From: Euryarchaeota archaeon UBA605
GTDB taxonomy: Archaea > Thermoplasmatota > Poseidoniia > Poseidoniales > Thalassarchaeaceae
DNA: 64,000 bases
NCBI GenBank assembly: GCA_002504905.1
Contig: DATY01000006.1
Location: forward strand, 36,370-100,369
Direction: 5' to 3'
Shown here: piece by piece, positions 46,890-57,580 of the stretch
Position numbering within the stretch: the stretch's first letter is position 1
How the letters are laid out: each line of letters opens with the position of its first letter
Made by a program: the position numbers and the translations under genes
The notes under the pieces: generated by a model
Databases searched by the model: none
Told to the model about the DNA's origin: nothing
The model's input: only the letters and a program-made list of their open reading frames with translations

Positions 46890-47891
46890 GTGCGCGTCAT
46901 CTACGATTGGAGGTTGGCTAGAGTAATCGATGCTGATAATCAGATAATTGATGAATTATATTGGAATCGTATTTCTACAAAAAATCTTGTTAACAGACTA
47001 TCAGATTTACAGTCTGGAAGACTTACTCCTGAAGCCCGTACATTAAAAGAAAGATTTCCAGAATCTGAAATAGATTATCTAGGGGCTCTTTCTGATTCAG
47101 AATGGCCAGATTTTTCCGATGATGAAATAGAAAAATTTATTCAAGCATCAACTAGACTGGCAAAAAGAGGAGTTGCAGAATCTTCTGGAGATATTGACAG
47201 AAGAATGGATATGTTGGTTTCCGCGAATAATGAATTGAGGGCTTCTTGGACTACTTTAGAAGCGAGATGTATTGAATGGGTAGGATTATTTTTATCTGAT
47301 TTGAATTTGGATGAACAAAGAAAGAAAATTCCAGAAATTGTTTCTAAGTCTAAATCAATCAATGATGTTGCCAAAAAGTTCGATATATCTAAACCTAAAC
47401 ATCAGCCTTCAGAAGAAGAATGGAGAACTATAAATTCACAAGCCAATACTGTTGTAAATTTAGAAAATCAATTACAATCTTCTGAAGAAACAATTAGAGT
47501 TCTTGCTAATGATTATTTGCCAAGTTTATCTTTATTAATTGGACCAATAAGTGCTGCAAAATTAATCGTTTTAGCAGGTGGACGTGAACGTTTAGCCAGA
47601 ATGCCATCCGGTAGTCTTCAGGTACTAGGTGCAAATGCTGCAATGTCTGCTCACAGGAAAGGAGCACCTCCTCCTAAACATGGAGCCATTCTTTTTTCTA
47701 TGCCTGCAGTTAGTCGCAGTCCTCGTTGGGTACGCGGTAAAGTTGCAAGATATTTGGCTGGCAAGGCTAGTATTGCAGTTAGGATAGATCATTTTGATGG
47801 TGAGAGACTGACAAAAGAACAGGTTTCTGAAATTCACAAAGAGGCCGAGTCGATAAAGAATAAATTCCCTAAACCTCCGAAGAGGAAGTGA
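46890..47891 (+). CDS. nop5: Box C/D sRNP protein Nop5 (Nop56/58)
   Basis: LARMPSGSLQVLGA, PPKHGAILF and RGKVARYLAGKASIAVRIDHF motifs. Confidence 0.9.
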   Translation: MRVIYDWRLARVIDADNQIIDELYWNRISTKNLVNRLSDLQSGRLTPEARTLKERFPESEIDYLGALSDSEWPDFSDDEIEKFIQASTRLAKRGVAESSGDIDRRMDMLVSANNELRASWTTLEARCIEWVGLFLSDLNLDEQRKKIPEIVSKSKSINDVAKKFDISKPKHQPSEEEWRTINSQANTVVNLENQLQSSEETIRVLANDYLPSLSLLIGPISAAKLIVLAGGRERLARMPSGSLQVLGANAAMSAHRKGAPPPKHGAILFSMPAVSRSPRWVRGKVARYLAGKASIAVRIDHFDGERLTKEQVSEIHKEAESIKNKFPKPPKRK

Positions 47892-48601
47892 AAAAAATGG
47901 GTCGAAGAAAACCTATTCAACTTGCATGGGGGGTACGTAGAGAAGGACGTAGTTTGTGGACAAGAAATGCAGTTAAAGGGGTTTCAGTTAGAGATGAGAG
48001 AAGAAAAAAGGATAGCCGTATTGAATGGCGTTATTGGGATCCACAGAAATCTAAAGTAGCTGCTTGCTTATTGAAAACTAAATTAAATCCCAGTGAAATT
48101 ATACCTAAATCTGGTTCTACTTGCCTGTACCTAGGTGCATCATCTGGAACTACTGTTAGCCACATTCATGACCATGTTTGCGGTTCAGGAAATCATCATA
48201 ATGGTCAGATTGTGTCTGTAGAAATTTCTCCTCGAATGATGAGAGATTTAAGTAAATTATCTGAATCTCGACCAGGACTAATTCCAGTATTAGGAGATGC
48301 CAGAGATCCTATGGTAATCTCACCATATCTAAGAAATAAGGTAGATTGGTTTCATCAAGATATTAGTGTTGCCGATCAAACTAAATCTTTTTTGAGAATA
48401 TCAGATTTTTTCCTTAAAGATGGCGGTATTGGAATGTTATCACTTAAGGCCGCCAGTGAGAGATGGGTTGAAGGAGGAGATGATTCAAGATTTGAATTGG
48501 CAAAGAAATTGATTGAATCAAATTCTGAAGTTACATTAATTGATAATGTGGATATATCTCATTACGAAGGTCAACATCGAGTATTTATTATCAGAAAGTA
48601 G
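47888..48601 (+). CDS. flpA: Fibrillarin-like rRNA/tRNA 2'-O-methyltransferase
   Basis: WDPQKSKVAA, LYLGASSGTTVSH and PVLGDARDP motifs; overlaps nop5. Confidence 0.93.
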   Translation: MKKMGRRKPIQLAWGVRREGRSLWTRNAVKGVSVRDERRKKDSRIEWRYWDPQKSKVAACLLKTKLNPSEIIPKSGSTCLYLGASSGTTVSHIHDHVCGSGNHHNGQIVSVEISPRMMRDLSKLSESRPGLIPVLGDARDPMVISPYLRNKVDWFHQDISVADQTKSFLRISDFFLKDGGIGMLSLKAASERWVEGGDDSRFELAKKLIESNSEVTLIDNVDISHYEGQHRVFIIRK

Positions 48602-48605
48602 AAAA

Positions 48606-49007
48606 TTAACTTCCTATTGATAGACCTAATAGGCCTAATCCACCAAGGAAAACAAGAACAACGATAAAACCTAAGATTACTAGAACTGTAACAATCCAAC
48701 CAATGATTTGAGCTGCTAAAGTCATACCTGAATCCGGATGCCCAGATTGATTTTTAGTAATCGAAGCAGCTCCATGAGCTAATATGACTCCTGGTATTGT
48801 AAAACAAAGTGATATTGGAGGGAAGACAAATAGTAAAATCGCTCCTAGTGATGATAGTATCAGAGCTAAAGTAGCATTTGTTTGAGTAAATTGACCTGAT
48901 ATCTGAACCCCTCCTACTTGAACGGGAGTGTTTGAATTCATTGTAGGATTTGCCCATGGTATCTCGCTGTTATTGTCGGAAATAGGAACTTCCTCGTCAG
49001 TACTCAT
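48606..49007 (-). CDS. DUF4190-like membrane protein
   Basis: NATLALILS...GVILAH...SGMTLAAQIIGWI pattern. Confidence 0.65.
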   Translation of the reverse strand: MSTDEEVPISDNNSEIPWANPTMNSNTPVQVGGVQISGQFTQTNATLALILSSLGAILLFVFPPISLCFTIPGVILAHGAASITKNQSGHPDSGMTLAAQIIGWIVTVLVILGFIVVLVFLGGLGLLGLSIGS

Positions 49008-49104
49008 ATACATTCTAATGGCAGATATTATTTCAATCATTCTCTGATTTTTATCGAAATTATTACGCAGACAATATAATGTAATTACTTTCATTGGTCA
49101 ATTT

Positions 49105-49953
49105 ATGCCTGAGATGCCCGAGGTTGAAACGGTTCGTAGAGGTCTTATTCCACATATTTCTGGTAGTACCATTAGTTTCGTTGATTTGCGAAGACCAAAT
49201 CTTAGGTTTCCATTCCCTGAAAATTTCGAAGAAATATTAACTGGAGCTAAGATCGAAAGAATTGATAGGAGATCTAAGTATCTCCTATTTCGTTTATCTA
49301 ATGGATATACTTGGATGAGTCATTTGGGTATGACTGGAGTCTGGACAATTGGTTCAGAAGGAAAAGGTAAGCATGATCATGTATATTTTGAATTCGATGA
49401 TGGTATGAAAACTGCTGCATATACTGATCATAGGAGATTCGGATTTATGGATATCTTTGAGACATCTAATGAGTCTAAACAGAAGTGGTTATCTTCTTTA
49501 GGACCGGAACCTCTTACTGAAGATTTCACAGTTCAGATTTTGAAATCGAATCTTCATGGAAAACGTTCTCCAATAAAGAGCGCTTTACTTGATCAGAGAG
49601 TTGTTTCAGGTCTTGGAAATATATATGTCAGTGAAATTTTATTCCGTAGTAAAATTTCTCCAACTAAAATCGCAGCAGAAGTTGCAGGGAAAAGTAAAAA
49701 GATAAATGCCAATATACAAAAAATCTTTGATAACACCAATCAAGTAATTGCTGAAGCAATAATGGTTGGGGGTTCGACAATTTCTGATTTTAGAGGTGTT
49801 TCCGGAGAATCAGATTTAGGTTATTTCGCTCAACAATTTAAAGTATTCAATCGCGAAGGAGAAGTATGCATTAAAGAGAATTGCAACGGTAAGATTTTGA
49901 GAATTGTACAATCAGGTCGTTCAACTTTCTATTGTCCAAGATGTCAGAAATAA
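49105..49953 (+). CDS. mutM: Formamidopyrimidine-DNA glycosylase
   Basis: MPEMPEVE, RRSKYL, HLGMTG, H2TH GLGNIYVSE and zinc finger RSTFYCPRCQ. Confidence 0.96.
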   Translation: MPEMPEVETVRRGLIPHISGSTISFVDLRRPNLRFPFPENFEEILTGAKIERIDRRSKYLLFRLSNGYTWMSHLGMTGVWTIGSEGKGKHDHVYFEFDDGMKTAAYTDHRRFGFMDIFETSNESKQKWLSSLGPEPLTEDFTVQILKSNLHGKRSPIKSALLDQRVVSGLGNIYVSEILFRSKISPTKIAAEVAGKSKKINANIQKIFDNTNQVIAEAIMVGGSTISDFRGVSGESDLGYFAQQFKVFNREGEVCIKENCNGKILRIVQSGRSTFYCPRCQK

Positions 49954-49954
49954 A

Positions 49955-50731
49955 TTATTTCAATACCCATCTAACTATAATTAATTGTAACCACATTGGA
50001 GTAATTTTTGTAACTAAAGGTAATGGTTTATTGACAATTCCTGGCATAACTTCTCTTTTTCCTTTGTGCATTGATTTTACCGCAATTTCTGCAACTCTTT
50101 TCGCGGGAACAGAGGTTAATTTTTCCATTTTACTAAGCTCCATTCCTGCAACTTCTTGAAATCCTGTTGTGACATATCCTGGACACAATGCTGTAACTGT
50201 CACTCCTTTATTTTTCAATTCTTTATGTAACGCTCTTGAGTACGAAAGAACATAAGCTTTTGTTGCACAATATACAGCAAAACTCGGGCCAGAAATATAT
50301 GATGCAATTGAGGCCACATTCATTATTCGACCCTTACCCTTTTTGACCATTAAGTTTCCAAACTCATGAGATAATCTTGTTAATGCATGTATATTCAATT
50401 CTATCATTTCTAATTGCCTTCCTAATTGCATTTCAAAATGATCTCCGAGTATTCCAAAACCAGCATTATTGACCAGAATATCTACATCTTCTGAATTATT
50501 CACTAGTAAGTCAACCCCTTCTTCAGTTGTCAAATCCGCAACAATAACTCTGCAATTAACTTTGTATCGATTAGTAATTTTAATCGATAAATCGTCCAAC
50601 TCTTTTTTTCTTCGAGCACAAATTATTAAATCATAATTTTGTGATGCTAGGACCTTTGCAATCTCTAATCCAATACCACTGGATGCCCCTGTGACTAAGG
50701 CGCGTCCCCTCTTTTCACTCATCATTTTCAT
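49955..50731 (-). CDS. SDR-family oxidoreductase
   Basis: TGASSGIG, NNAGFG and YCATK motifs. Confidence 0.92.
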   Translation of the reverse strand: MKMMSEKRGRALVTGASSGIGLEIAKVLASQNYDLIICARRKKELDDLSIKITNRYKVNCRVIVADLTTEEGVDLLVNNSEDVDILVNNAGFGILGDHFEMQLGRQLEMIELNIHALTRLSHEFGNLMVKKGKGRIMNVASIASYISGPSFAVYCATKAYVLSYSRALHKELKNKGVTVTALCPGYVTTGFQEVAGMELSKMEKLTSVPAKRVAEIAVKSMHKGKREVMPGIVNKPLPLVTKITPMWLQLIIVRWVLK

Positions 50732-50975
50732 CTAACCGATAAAGGTCATCTCATATGATGTTTAGTCTTAATGATTGAAAGGTAATCTGATGATTTGAAT
50801 TTTTAAATAACTCTATTAACCGTCGATTGCGACCTCATAGTCCGGCTAGAAAGTTCACTATTTTGTGTGTAGTTTTTTTGTTGGTATCTAAATTTAATTT
50901 AGAATTTTTATTAGTTAAAAATACGGATGTGAAAAAATAGTTAGAAAAATCGAGAGAGATATTTGGAGTTTAACA

Positions 50976-51530
50976 TTGGTGAGATCTGGAGGTTATACAA
51001 AAAATGATGAACTTGAAGACGCTCTATTTGCATTCGGTAGGAATTACAATGAGGTCAAAGAGTTTCCAAGATGCCGTTTACCAACAGGAATAGTAAATTT
51101 GCTTAGAAGAAGTGAATTAGATAAGGTAGCTCTTGAAACTGGATTTAGTATTGAAATATCCTTGAAAAGAAAAACTCAAAGAGAATGGTGTAGGTTTGAG
51201 CAGATATTGTCTGTTAAAGCTAAATCTCATCCTTATGATTACTCACAAAGAGCGATTTTTTCTATTTTTGATGGCTTTGATACTTTTGAATTAGGTACGA
51301 ATCCATGGTCAGAGTTCATGCCTAGCCAACTATGGATTAAGTTAAGCTCTCTTAATGATCAAACCTTAGCATGGGTACTATCCGAAGGAAAGATTCTATC
51401 TGGTGACATTAACGAACAAAAGACATTGCATGATTTTTATGAAATAGAAATTAGCGGCCCTAAATCAATTGAATATCTACGTCTCCCTCCTCCTCCTGAT
51501 AGGCCATACAACTTCTTTGATGATTTTTAA
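50976..51530 (+). CDS. Hypothetical protein
   Basis: 184-aa ORF with TTG start preceded by GGAG; no recognisable motif. Confidence 0.55.
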   Translation: MVRSGGYTKNDELEDALFAFGRNYNEVKEFPRCRLPTGIVNLLRRSELDKVALETGFSIEISLKRKTQREWCRFEQILSVKAKSHPYDYSQRAIFSIFDGFDTFELGTNPWSEFMPSQLWIKLSSLNDQTLAWVLSEGKILSGDINEQKTLHDFYEIEISGPKSIEYLRLPPPPDRPYNFFDDF

Positions 51531-51569
51531 TAGATAACATTGATGAGTCTTCTTTATTCCAATATGATT

Positions 51570-52202
51570 ATGACACATACCCTACAACAGAAAATAACTA
51601 CTGAATTCATCGGAACTTTCTTCCTTTCACTAACAATTTGCACGGCAGCAGTTTATGGTTCTGCAGGAGAATATGCTCCTTTCGGTATAGCTGCGACTCT
51701 AATGGTAATGATCTACGCTGGTGGGCATATCTCAGGTGCTCATTACAACCCTGCAGTGACTGTTTCGATTTATCTCAGAGGTGCCTGTGAAAAGGATGAG
51801 GTTCTTCCATACATTGCTTCACAAGTTATAGCAGCAGTTTCTGCAGCAATAGTTGTTGAGAATCTTTTGAGACCCGATGAGTTATCTCCTGTAGCCTTTG
51901 AATTAGGTACTGATGCGGTAGTTGCCGAACTTCTATTCACCTTCGCGTTGGCTTATGTTATCCTTAATGTTGCAACAACTGAATCAACCTCAGGAAACGG
52001 ATACTATGGGGCTGCAATCGCTCTTGTAGTACTTGCAGGTGCAATAACAGTTGGAAGTATTTCTCTTGCATCATTCAATCCTGCAGTAACTAGTGCGCTG
52101 ATAGTTTCTGGAAAACTTACACTAGCGGATTCATGGATGCATTTTGTACCACAGTTTATTGGAGCAGTCTTAGCAACATATGTCTACAAGTCTACTCAAT
52201 GA
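51570..52202 (+). CDS. Aquaporin (MIP family)
   Basis: HISGAHYNPAVT and SFNPAV (two NPA boxes), six TM helices. Confidence 0.93.
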   Translation: MTHTLQQKITTEFIGTFFLSLTICTAAVYGSAGEYAPFGIAATLMVMIYAGGHISGAHYNPAVTVSIYLRGACEKDEVLPYIASQVIAAVSAAIVVENLLRPDELSPVAFELGTDAVVAELLFTFALAYVILNVATTESTSGNGYYGAAIALVVLAGAITVGSISLASFNPAVTSALIVSGKLTLADSWMHFVPQFIGAVLATYVYKSTQ

Positions 52203-52211
52203 AATTATTCA

Positions 52212-55200
52212 TTACATATTTCTTCTAAACTTTCCACCGGTTTCGAATAGAGCTTGTGTTACTTGACCGACTGTACAGTATTCGACAATATCCATCATCA
52301 CTTCAAACAGATTGCCACCTTCTCTAGCTACTTTTTTGAGTCTTGCTAACCCCTCTTCAGCTTCTTTGGCATTAGCTTCTTTGAATGCTTTATTTCTGTC
52401 TATTACCATCATTCTTTCGTCCTCATCAGAACGTGTAACTTCGATATCAAATTCTTCTACTGATAATGAATTATCTACTCCTTCTTCGAAAGTATTTACT
52501 CCAATTATTGGGATCTCTCCTGAATGTTTTCTATGTTCATAAATCATTGATTCATCTTGTATTCTATTCCTCTGATAATTAACTTCTAGAGCCCCCAGAA
52601 CTCCTCCTCGTCTATGCATTTCCTCGAAAATTTTCAAAATCTCTTCTTCTACAGAGTCGGTTAACCAATCTGCTACATGTGATCCTTGCAGTGGATTCTC
52701 ATTTTGTAGCCAACCATATTCTTTTGAGAGAATTAGTTGAATCGCAACCGCATCTCTCACAGTATCTTCAGTAGGTGTCCCAAATGCTTCATCTCGAGAA
52801 TTAGTATGGAGTGAATTAGCATTATCTGCTAGTGCATAAAGTGCTTGTAAAGTGGTTCTATAATCATTCCATGTATATTCTTGTGCGTGTAAAGATCTAC
52901 CACTGCTTTGTATATGATATTTCAATTTCTGACCACGTTCATCAACTCCATACATATCACGCATAGCAATAGCCCAGATTCTTCTACAGACTCTTCCAAT
53001 CACTGCATACTCAGGATCCATGCCATTTGAAAAGAACCAACTGAAATTTCTCAAGAATTTATTTGCATCCAGTCCTCTAGAATTGAATAATTCAACATAT
53101 GTCAGGCCATTAGAAAGAGTTAGAGCCGCCTGAGAAATTGGATTCGCTCCTGCCTCTGCTATATGATATCCTGATATTGAAACAAAGTAATGATTTCTAA
53201 CTTCATTGTTAACATAGAACTCTGCAACATCTCCCATCATCCTGAGTGCAGTATCTAGATTGAAAACTAGTGTATTCTGACCCATAGACTCTTTCAACTG
53301 ATCTGCTTGTACAGTACCTCGAACAGTACTAAGAGTTCTAGATTTAATTTTAGTATATTCTTTCTTATTTGGTTTTCGTCCGTTTTCTTCTGTAAAAATA
53401 TTTACTTGTTGTCTAATTGCTACATTAAAGAAAGCAGCAAGATGCCACCAGTAATTTCCATTGATTGTTTTTGATACTGAAGTATTCGCGGCACATAAAT
53501 CAAATCCTTCGAATAATTTTTCCATTTCATCAACAGTACTTATTGACACACCACTCTCACAGACTTTTCCAAATATATCCAATCTTTCTTGAGGGTCGTT
53601 ACCATATAAACTAGGGGAATCAAATGCAACAGATAATCTATTAAAATCTTGGTCTTTAGAAAGGAAATGATATCTTTTATTTGTTCTTTCAGCGCTACCT
53701 TCTCCAGCAAACATTCTAACTGGTAATTCATCTTGTCTCTTGAAAGGAAAAACTCCTCCTGTATAAGGGAATGAACCTGGCATATTTTCTTTCCTAATCC
53801 ATTGCAGCGTATCTCCCCAATCGCTATAATCTGGTAAAGCAACTCTTGGCATATCTAATCCTGAAAGCGTAGTTTTCGTTGTTTTTACAGGTATTTCTTT
53901 ACTTCTAACGGTATAACTGGTTGCTCCTGAGCGATATTCTTTAGCTTTGATTCTAAATTCATCTAAACTTTCCCAAGCACTCTCTGGAATTTCTGAACGA
54001 ATAGTTTCAGCTTCTTCCTTAAGTCCTTCCGCAGCAGTCTTATTTTTCTTTGATAACATCTGTTCTGCAGCAGCCTCTAATTGTTGAACCAAACGCATTT
54101 TAGAGGATATCTCCTCAGTTCTAGAATGATAATTTCTGATAGTACTTGATACTTCAGCCAAGTATCCTTGTCTTTCTGGAGGTATTGGTGAAGATCTATG
54201 TGGGAGACCATCCTCACCTAATCTAGGCTCAGCTGCAGAAAATGTCTTTGAATATTTTTCATTTAGCAAGATACATAGTTTCTGCCACAATTGGTCGACT
54301 CCTGCATCTGCGAACTGACTAGCAATTGTTGGTACAACAGGCAGGTCAGAGTTATCTGCATCCCACATTTCCCTATTTCTCTTGAATTGTTTTCTGATTT
54401 CTGCCAGAGCATCTTCTGCCCCTGGTCTATCGAATTTATTCAGAACAACAATATCTGCCGAATCCAACATCTCTAATTTTTCTAATTGACTTGGTGCACC
54501 ATATTCCCTTGTAGTGACGTATAATGAAAGGTCAGCAACTTCCGTAATTGCATCATTTCCTTGACCAATACCACTAGTTTCTACAATTACTAAATCGAAT
54601 CCTACTGCTTTACAAGCTTCAATTGAGCGACCTATACAATCCGCAATCTCTCTTCCGCTATCTCTACTAGCAAATGAGCGCATGAAAAGATTCTCATCTG
54701 ATAATGAGTTCATTCTAATTCTATCTCCAAGTAAAGCTCCTCCGGTTCTCTTACGGGTTGGATCAGTAGCAAGTAAAGCGATTTTAGTTCCAGGATTATC
54801 TCTTTGAATTCTTAACATCAGTTCATCAGTTAGACTTGACTTTCCTGCACCTCCAGTTCCTGTTAGACCAACTACAGGGCAGTCCTGTCCGTCATTAGAT
54901 CTCACATTCTTTAGAACTTTATTGAATATTTTTTCATCGGCATTTTCTGCTAATGTTAATAATTTTGAAACTGAAGCATGATTATTTGCCGTGATCGGAT
55001 TTTTTAACGATTCAAATCTTACTGGATCAAGTAAATTGTTTTTTGATGCCCTTTCAATAGCATCTGATACCATTCCAGTTAGTCCTAATTCTCTTCCATC
55101 TTCGGGAGAATATATTTTTGCAATGTTAGAATCGAGTAAATGTTGAATCTCGTTTGGAAGAATAGTCCCCCCTCCTCCTCCTACTAAGCTAACATGACCG

Positions 55201-55472
55201 AATCCCGAATCATCTAAAATTTGTTTAGTATGTGTGAACATTTCAACCGCTCCACCTTGATAGGAAGTAATTGCTACACAATGCGCATCTTCCTGTATGG
55301 CGGCTCTGGCGACTTCATCTGCACCTCTATCATGACCTAGATGAATAACTTCACATCCCATAGATTGAAATATCCTTCTGAAAATTCCTATAGCCGCATC
55401 GTGGCCATCAAAAATAGCCGCCGCAGTAATGATTCTTAGCGGAGTTCCACCTACCTCGGCAGACTTTTCCAT
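52212..55472 (-). CDS. icmF: Fused isobutyryl-CoA mutase / MeaB-type GTPase
   Basis: B12-binding domain (FDGHDAAI), G-domain TGTGGAGKSS, mutase domain RMFAGEG, ISGYHIAEAGANP and C-terminal GGKFRRNM. Confidence 0.93.
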   Translation of the reverse strand: MEKSAEVGGTPLRIITAAAIFDGHDAAIGIFRRIFQSMGCEVIHLGHDRGADEVARAAIQEDAHCVAITSYQGGAVEMFTHTKQILDDSGFGHVSLVGGGGGTILPNEIQHLLDSNIAKIYSPEDGRELGLTGMVSDAIERASKNNLLDPVRFESLKNPITANNHASVSKLLTLAENADEKIFNKVLKNVRSNDGQDCPVVGLTGTGGAGKSSLTDELMLRIQRDNPGTKIALLATDPTRKRTGGALLGDRIRMNSLSDENLFMRSFASRDSGREIADCIGRSIEACKAVGFDLVIVETSGIGQGNDAITEVADLSLYVTTREYGAPSQLEKLEMLDSADIVVLNKFDRPGAEDALAEIRKQFKRNREMWDADNSDLPVVPTIASQFADAGVDQLWQKLCILLNEKYSKTFSAAEPRLGEDGLPHRSSPIPPERQGYLAEVSSTIRNYHSRTEEISSKMRLVQQLEAAAEQMLSKKNKTAAEGLKEEAETIRSEIPESAWESLDEFRIKAKEYRSGATSYTVRSKEIPVKTTKTTLSGLDMPRVALPDYSDWGDTLQWIRKENMPGSFPYTGGVFPFKRQDELPVRMFAGEGSAERTNKRYHFLSKDQDFNRLSVAFDSPSLYGNDPQERLDIFGKVCESGVSISTVDEMEKLFEGFDLCAANTSVSKTINGNYWWHLAAFFNVAIRQQVNIFTEENGRKPNKKEYTKIKSRTLSTVRGTVQADQLKESMGQNTLVFNLDTALRMMGDVAEFYVNNEVRNHYFVSISGYHIAEAGANPISQAALTLSNGLTYVELFNSRGLDANKFLRNFSWFFSNGMDPEYAVIGRVCRRIWAIAMRDMYGVDERGQKLKYHIQSSGRSLHAQEYTWNDYRTTLQALYALADNANSLHTNSRDEAFGTPTEDTVRDAVAIQLILSKEYGWLQNENPLQGSHVADWLTDSVEEEILKIFEEMHRRGGVLGALEVNYQRNRIQDESMIYEHRKHSGEIPIIGVNTFEEGVDNSLSVEEFDIEVTRSDEDERMMVIDRNKAFKEANAKEAEEGLARLKKVAREGGNLFEVMMDIVEYCTVGQVTQALFETGGKFRRNM

Positions 55473-55643
55473 GTACTTGCGACAATGCGTGCCCCATTTA
55501 ATGCGCCGATTGTAAATTATGACATTTTTTTTTAAAAAATATTCATTTTTTGATTAATTTTATTATTTTATTAACTTTTGAGTTGAAATCCGGGTAAGCA
55601 TTGAATAGGTATTATTTACTCGCAGAATTGGAGATAGAGTATT

Positions 55644-56090
55644 ATGTTGTGTCCAAGAGATGGAACTCCACTTGTATCTCCTGCTGATAGCGGAAAATCT
55701 GTTTTTTCTCGTAATGGCATATTTCACTGCCCCACTTGTGCTGGTTTAGCACTTAACTCAAATGCAGCATCTTCAAAGATTTGTAGTGAAAAATTAGAAT
55801 CAATGCATGATGGATTCAAAGATGAGGGAACAAAGACCGAAATTTGTTGTCCTTTTTGCGATAGCGATATGAAAGTCAGAGACTTTGCATTCAGAAAAAT
55901 TGATGGCTCTTTAACTGAACTAATTGAGATAGACGGCTGTACTAAATGTTCTTCATTTTGGTTTGATTCTGGGGAACTACAGAGATTATCTCCCCCTATT
56001 GAAGGTAGGCATGAAAACTCAAAATCAGAGGCTAGAGCTCTCGCTGTTGTTTTAGACCTACTTTTCCATTTACCATATGTAATGTTATAA
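55644..56090 (+). CDS. Double zinc-ribbon (zf-TFIIB-like) protein
   Basis: CPRD...CPTC and CPFC...IDGCTKCSSFWFDSGEL motifs. Confidence 0.8.
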   Translation: MLCPRDGTPLVSPADSGKSVFSRNGIFHCPTCAGLALNSNAASSKICSEKLESMHDGFKDEGTKTEICCPFCDSDMKVRDFAFRKIDGSLTELIEIDGCTKCSSFWFDSGELQRLSPPIEGRHENSKSEARALAVVLDLLFHLPYVML

Positions 56091-56106
56091 TTGGGAGAAT
56101 TTCAAT

Positions 56107-56934
56107 ATGATTAATGAGGAAACATGGTGGGAATCTGATAACCAAGACATATCATCTAAAAATTCCATCGATAATCCAAAGAATATTTTTTCTGGAGATG
56201 TGAGTAGTTTTTCAGATTCCCAATCAATCAACTTACCTGAAATGAAAGATCCTAATCAATTCTTAGTTTCTCAATTTTTAATTGGATTAATATTAATCCC
56301 CATAATTGCTAGTTTCCTAATGTCTTTCATGATATTATCATTCGAAGAAAGAAGCGATACTTGGTATTATGATAGTGAATATCAACCCAATTTCGATGGT
56401 TCAGTTACTATAGATGATCAAGATCTTAAAACTTCTGAAATATATTTTAACATACCATCATTTAGTCTGTATGAAATTGATAGTAATGATTATTATTTCT
56501 ATACATCGCTTAGTTTTTATAGCGACAATTGGGATGGTTACGGTAATTGTTATTTCGATATGGACCTTTATGAAGCTGATCTGTTTGTTGTATCCGATGA
56601 TGGTGAATTATGGTATCCAATGGAATGTTACGAATCATTACAAGGTTATGATTTCTATTTTCAAAAAGAAGGTCGAATAATGACCTATGCAACGAATTTT
56701 GATTCACAAATAGATGATATTTATGTTGATGGTGATGAAGACGTACAGTCTTCACTATTTTTATTCGAAATCATTCCATTTTTCATCCCAATTGCTTATC
56801 TTGCAATGATTATTTGGAGCTTTATTACAAAAAAGAAGTCACTCGGCCTTGGACTAATAGGTGGAATTTTTGTAACCCCTTTCTCATTTTGTTTTTCAAT
56901 GATTTTTCTTAGTTTCTTATTCTGGGATATATAA
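56107..56934 (+). CDS. Membrane protein with an acidic/aromatic extracellular loop
   Basis: Three TM helices flanking an Asp/Tyr-rich segment. Confidence 0.7.
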   Translation: MINEETWWESDNQDISSKNSIDNPKNIFSGDVSSFSDSQSINLPEMKDPNQFLVSQFLIGLILIPIIASFLMSFMILSFEERSDTWYYDSEYQPNFDGSVTIDDQDLKTSEIYFNIPSFSLYEIDSNDYYFYTSLSFYSDNWDGYGNCYFDMDLYEADLFVVSDDGELWYPMECYESLQGYDFYFQKEGRIMTYATNFDSQIDDIYVDGDEDVQSSLFLFEIIPFFIPIAYLAMIIWSFITKKKSLGLGLIGGIFVTPFSFCFSMIFLSFLFWDI

Positions 56935-56942
56935 AAATAATA

Positions 56943-57566
56943 CTAAATTACGCCATTAATCATTAATCCAGCAAAGAAAAACATTAGTATCCCCATTAAT
57001 CCATCAATAATATGTGAGACAGATTTTAACTTCTCAACTCGCCCTCCTGTTGTTAGTACAAGAGCTACTGCCACATACCAAGTTCCATCAATCATCATAC
57101 CTAATGCTCCCATTCCAATCAGAGTCTCGAGACTAACATTATTTTCAATAAATGGCGTGTACAAAGCTAGCATCCAAGCTAGAATTTTTGGATTCAATAT
57201 CGCAATTGAAAATCCTTGTATGAATCCCTGTTTATCATCATTTTTATAATTCTCATTATCATTTCCAAGTGCTGGACCTTTTCGAGCATGATTGAGGAAT
57301 GTATAACCTAGCCAAATTAAGATACAAACCCCTGCCCACTTCAATCCTGTTTCTGCAGTTTCATGTACTGAAATTGCAGTAGCAAAAGCACCCGCCGCGA
57401 GGAATGCATATATCCCAAATCCAAGTCCATGACCAATTCCAGTCATTACTCCTTGTCTTCTACCTCCGGAGAGTGTATTTCGCAAAACAACTGCTAGAGA
57501 AGGACCAGGACTCATTGCTCCCAAGCAAAAAACGGTTGCAAGAGCAATCCAGGCCTCCGGAGACAT
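56943..57566 (-). CDS. LysE/RhtB family exporter
   Basis: SPGPSLAVV, GFIQGF and NPKI motifs. Confidence 0.9.
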   Translation of the reverse strand: MSPEAWIALATVFCLGAMSPGPSLAVVLRNTLSGGRRQGVMTGIGHGLGFGIYAFLAAGAFATAISVHETAETGLKWAGVCILIWLGYTFLNHARKGPALGNDNENYKNDDKQGFIQGFSIAILNPKILAWMLALYTPFIENNVSLETLIGMGALGMMIDGTWYVAVALVLTTGGRVEKLKSVSHIIDGLMGILMFFFAGLMINGVI

Positions 57567-57580
57567 TATATCACAGATTT

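Noticed and set aside
50755-50792. Possible box C/D sRNA (ATGATG...CTGA)
   Set aside because: Box C is imperfect, the spacing is too short for two guides, and it overlaps the likely SDR promoter.
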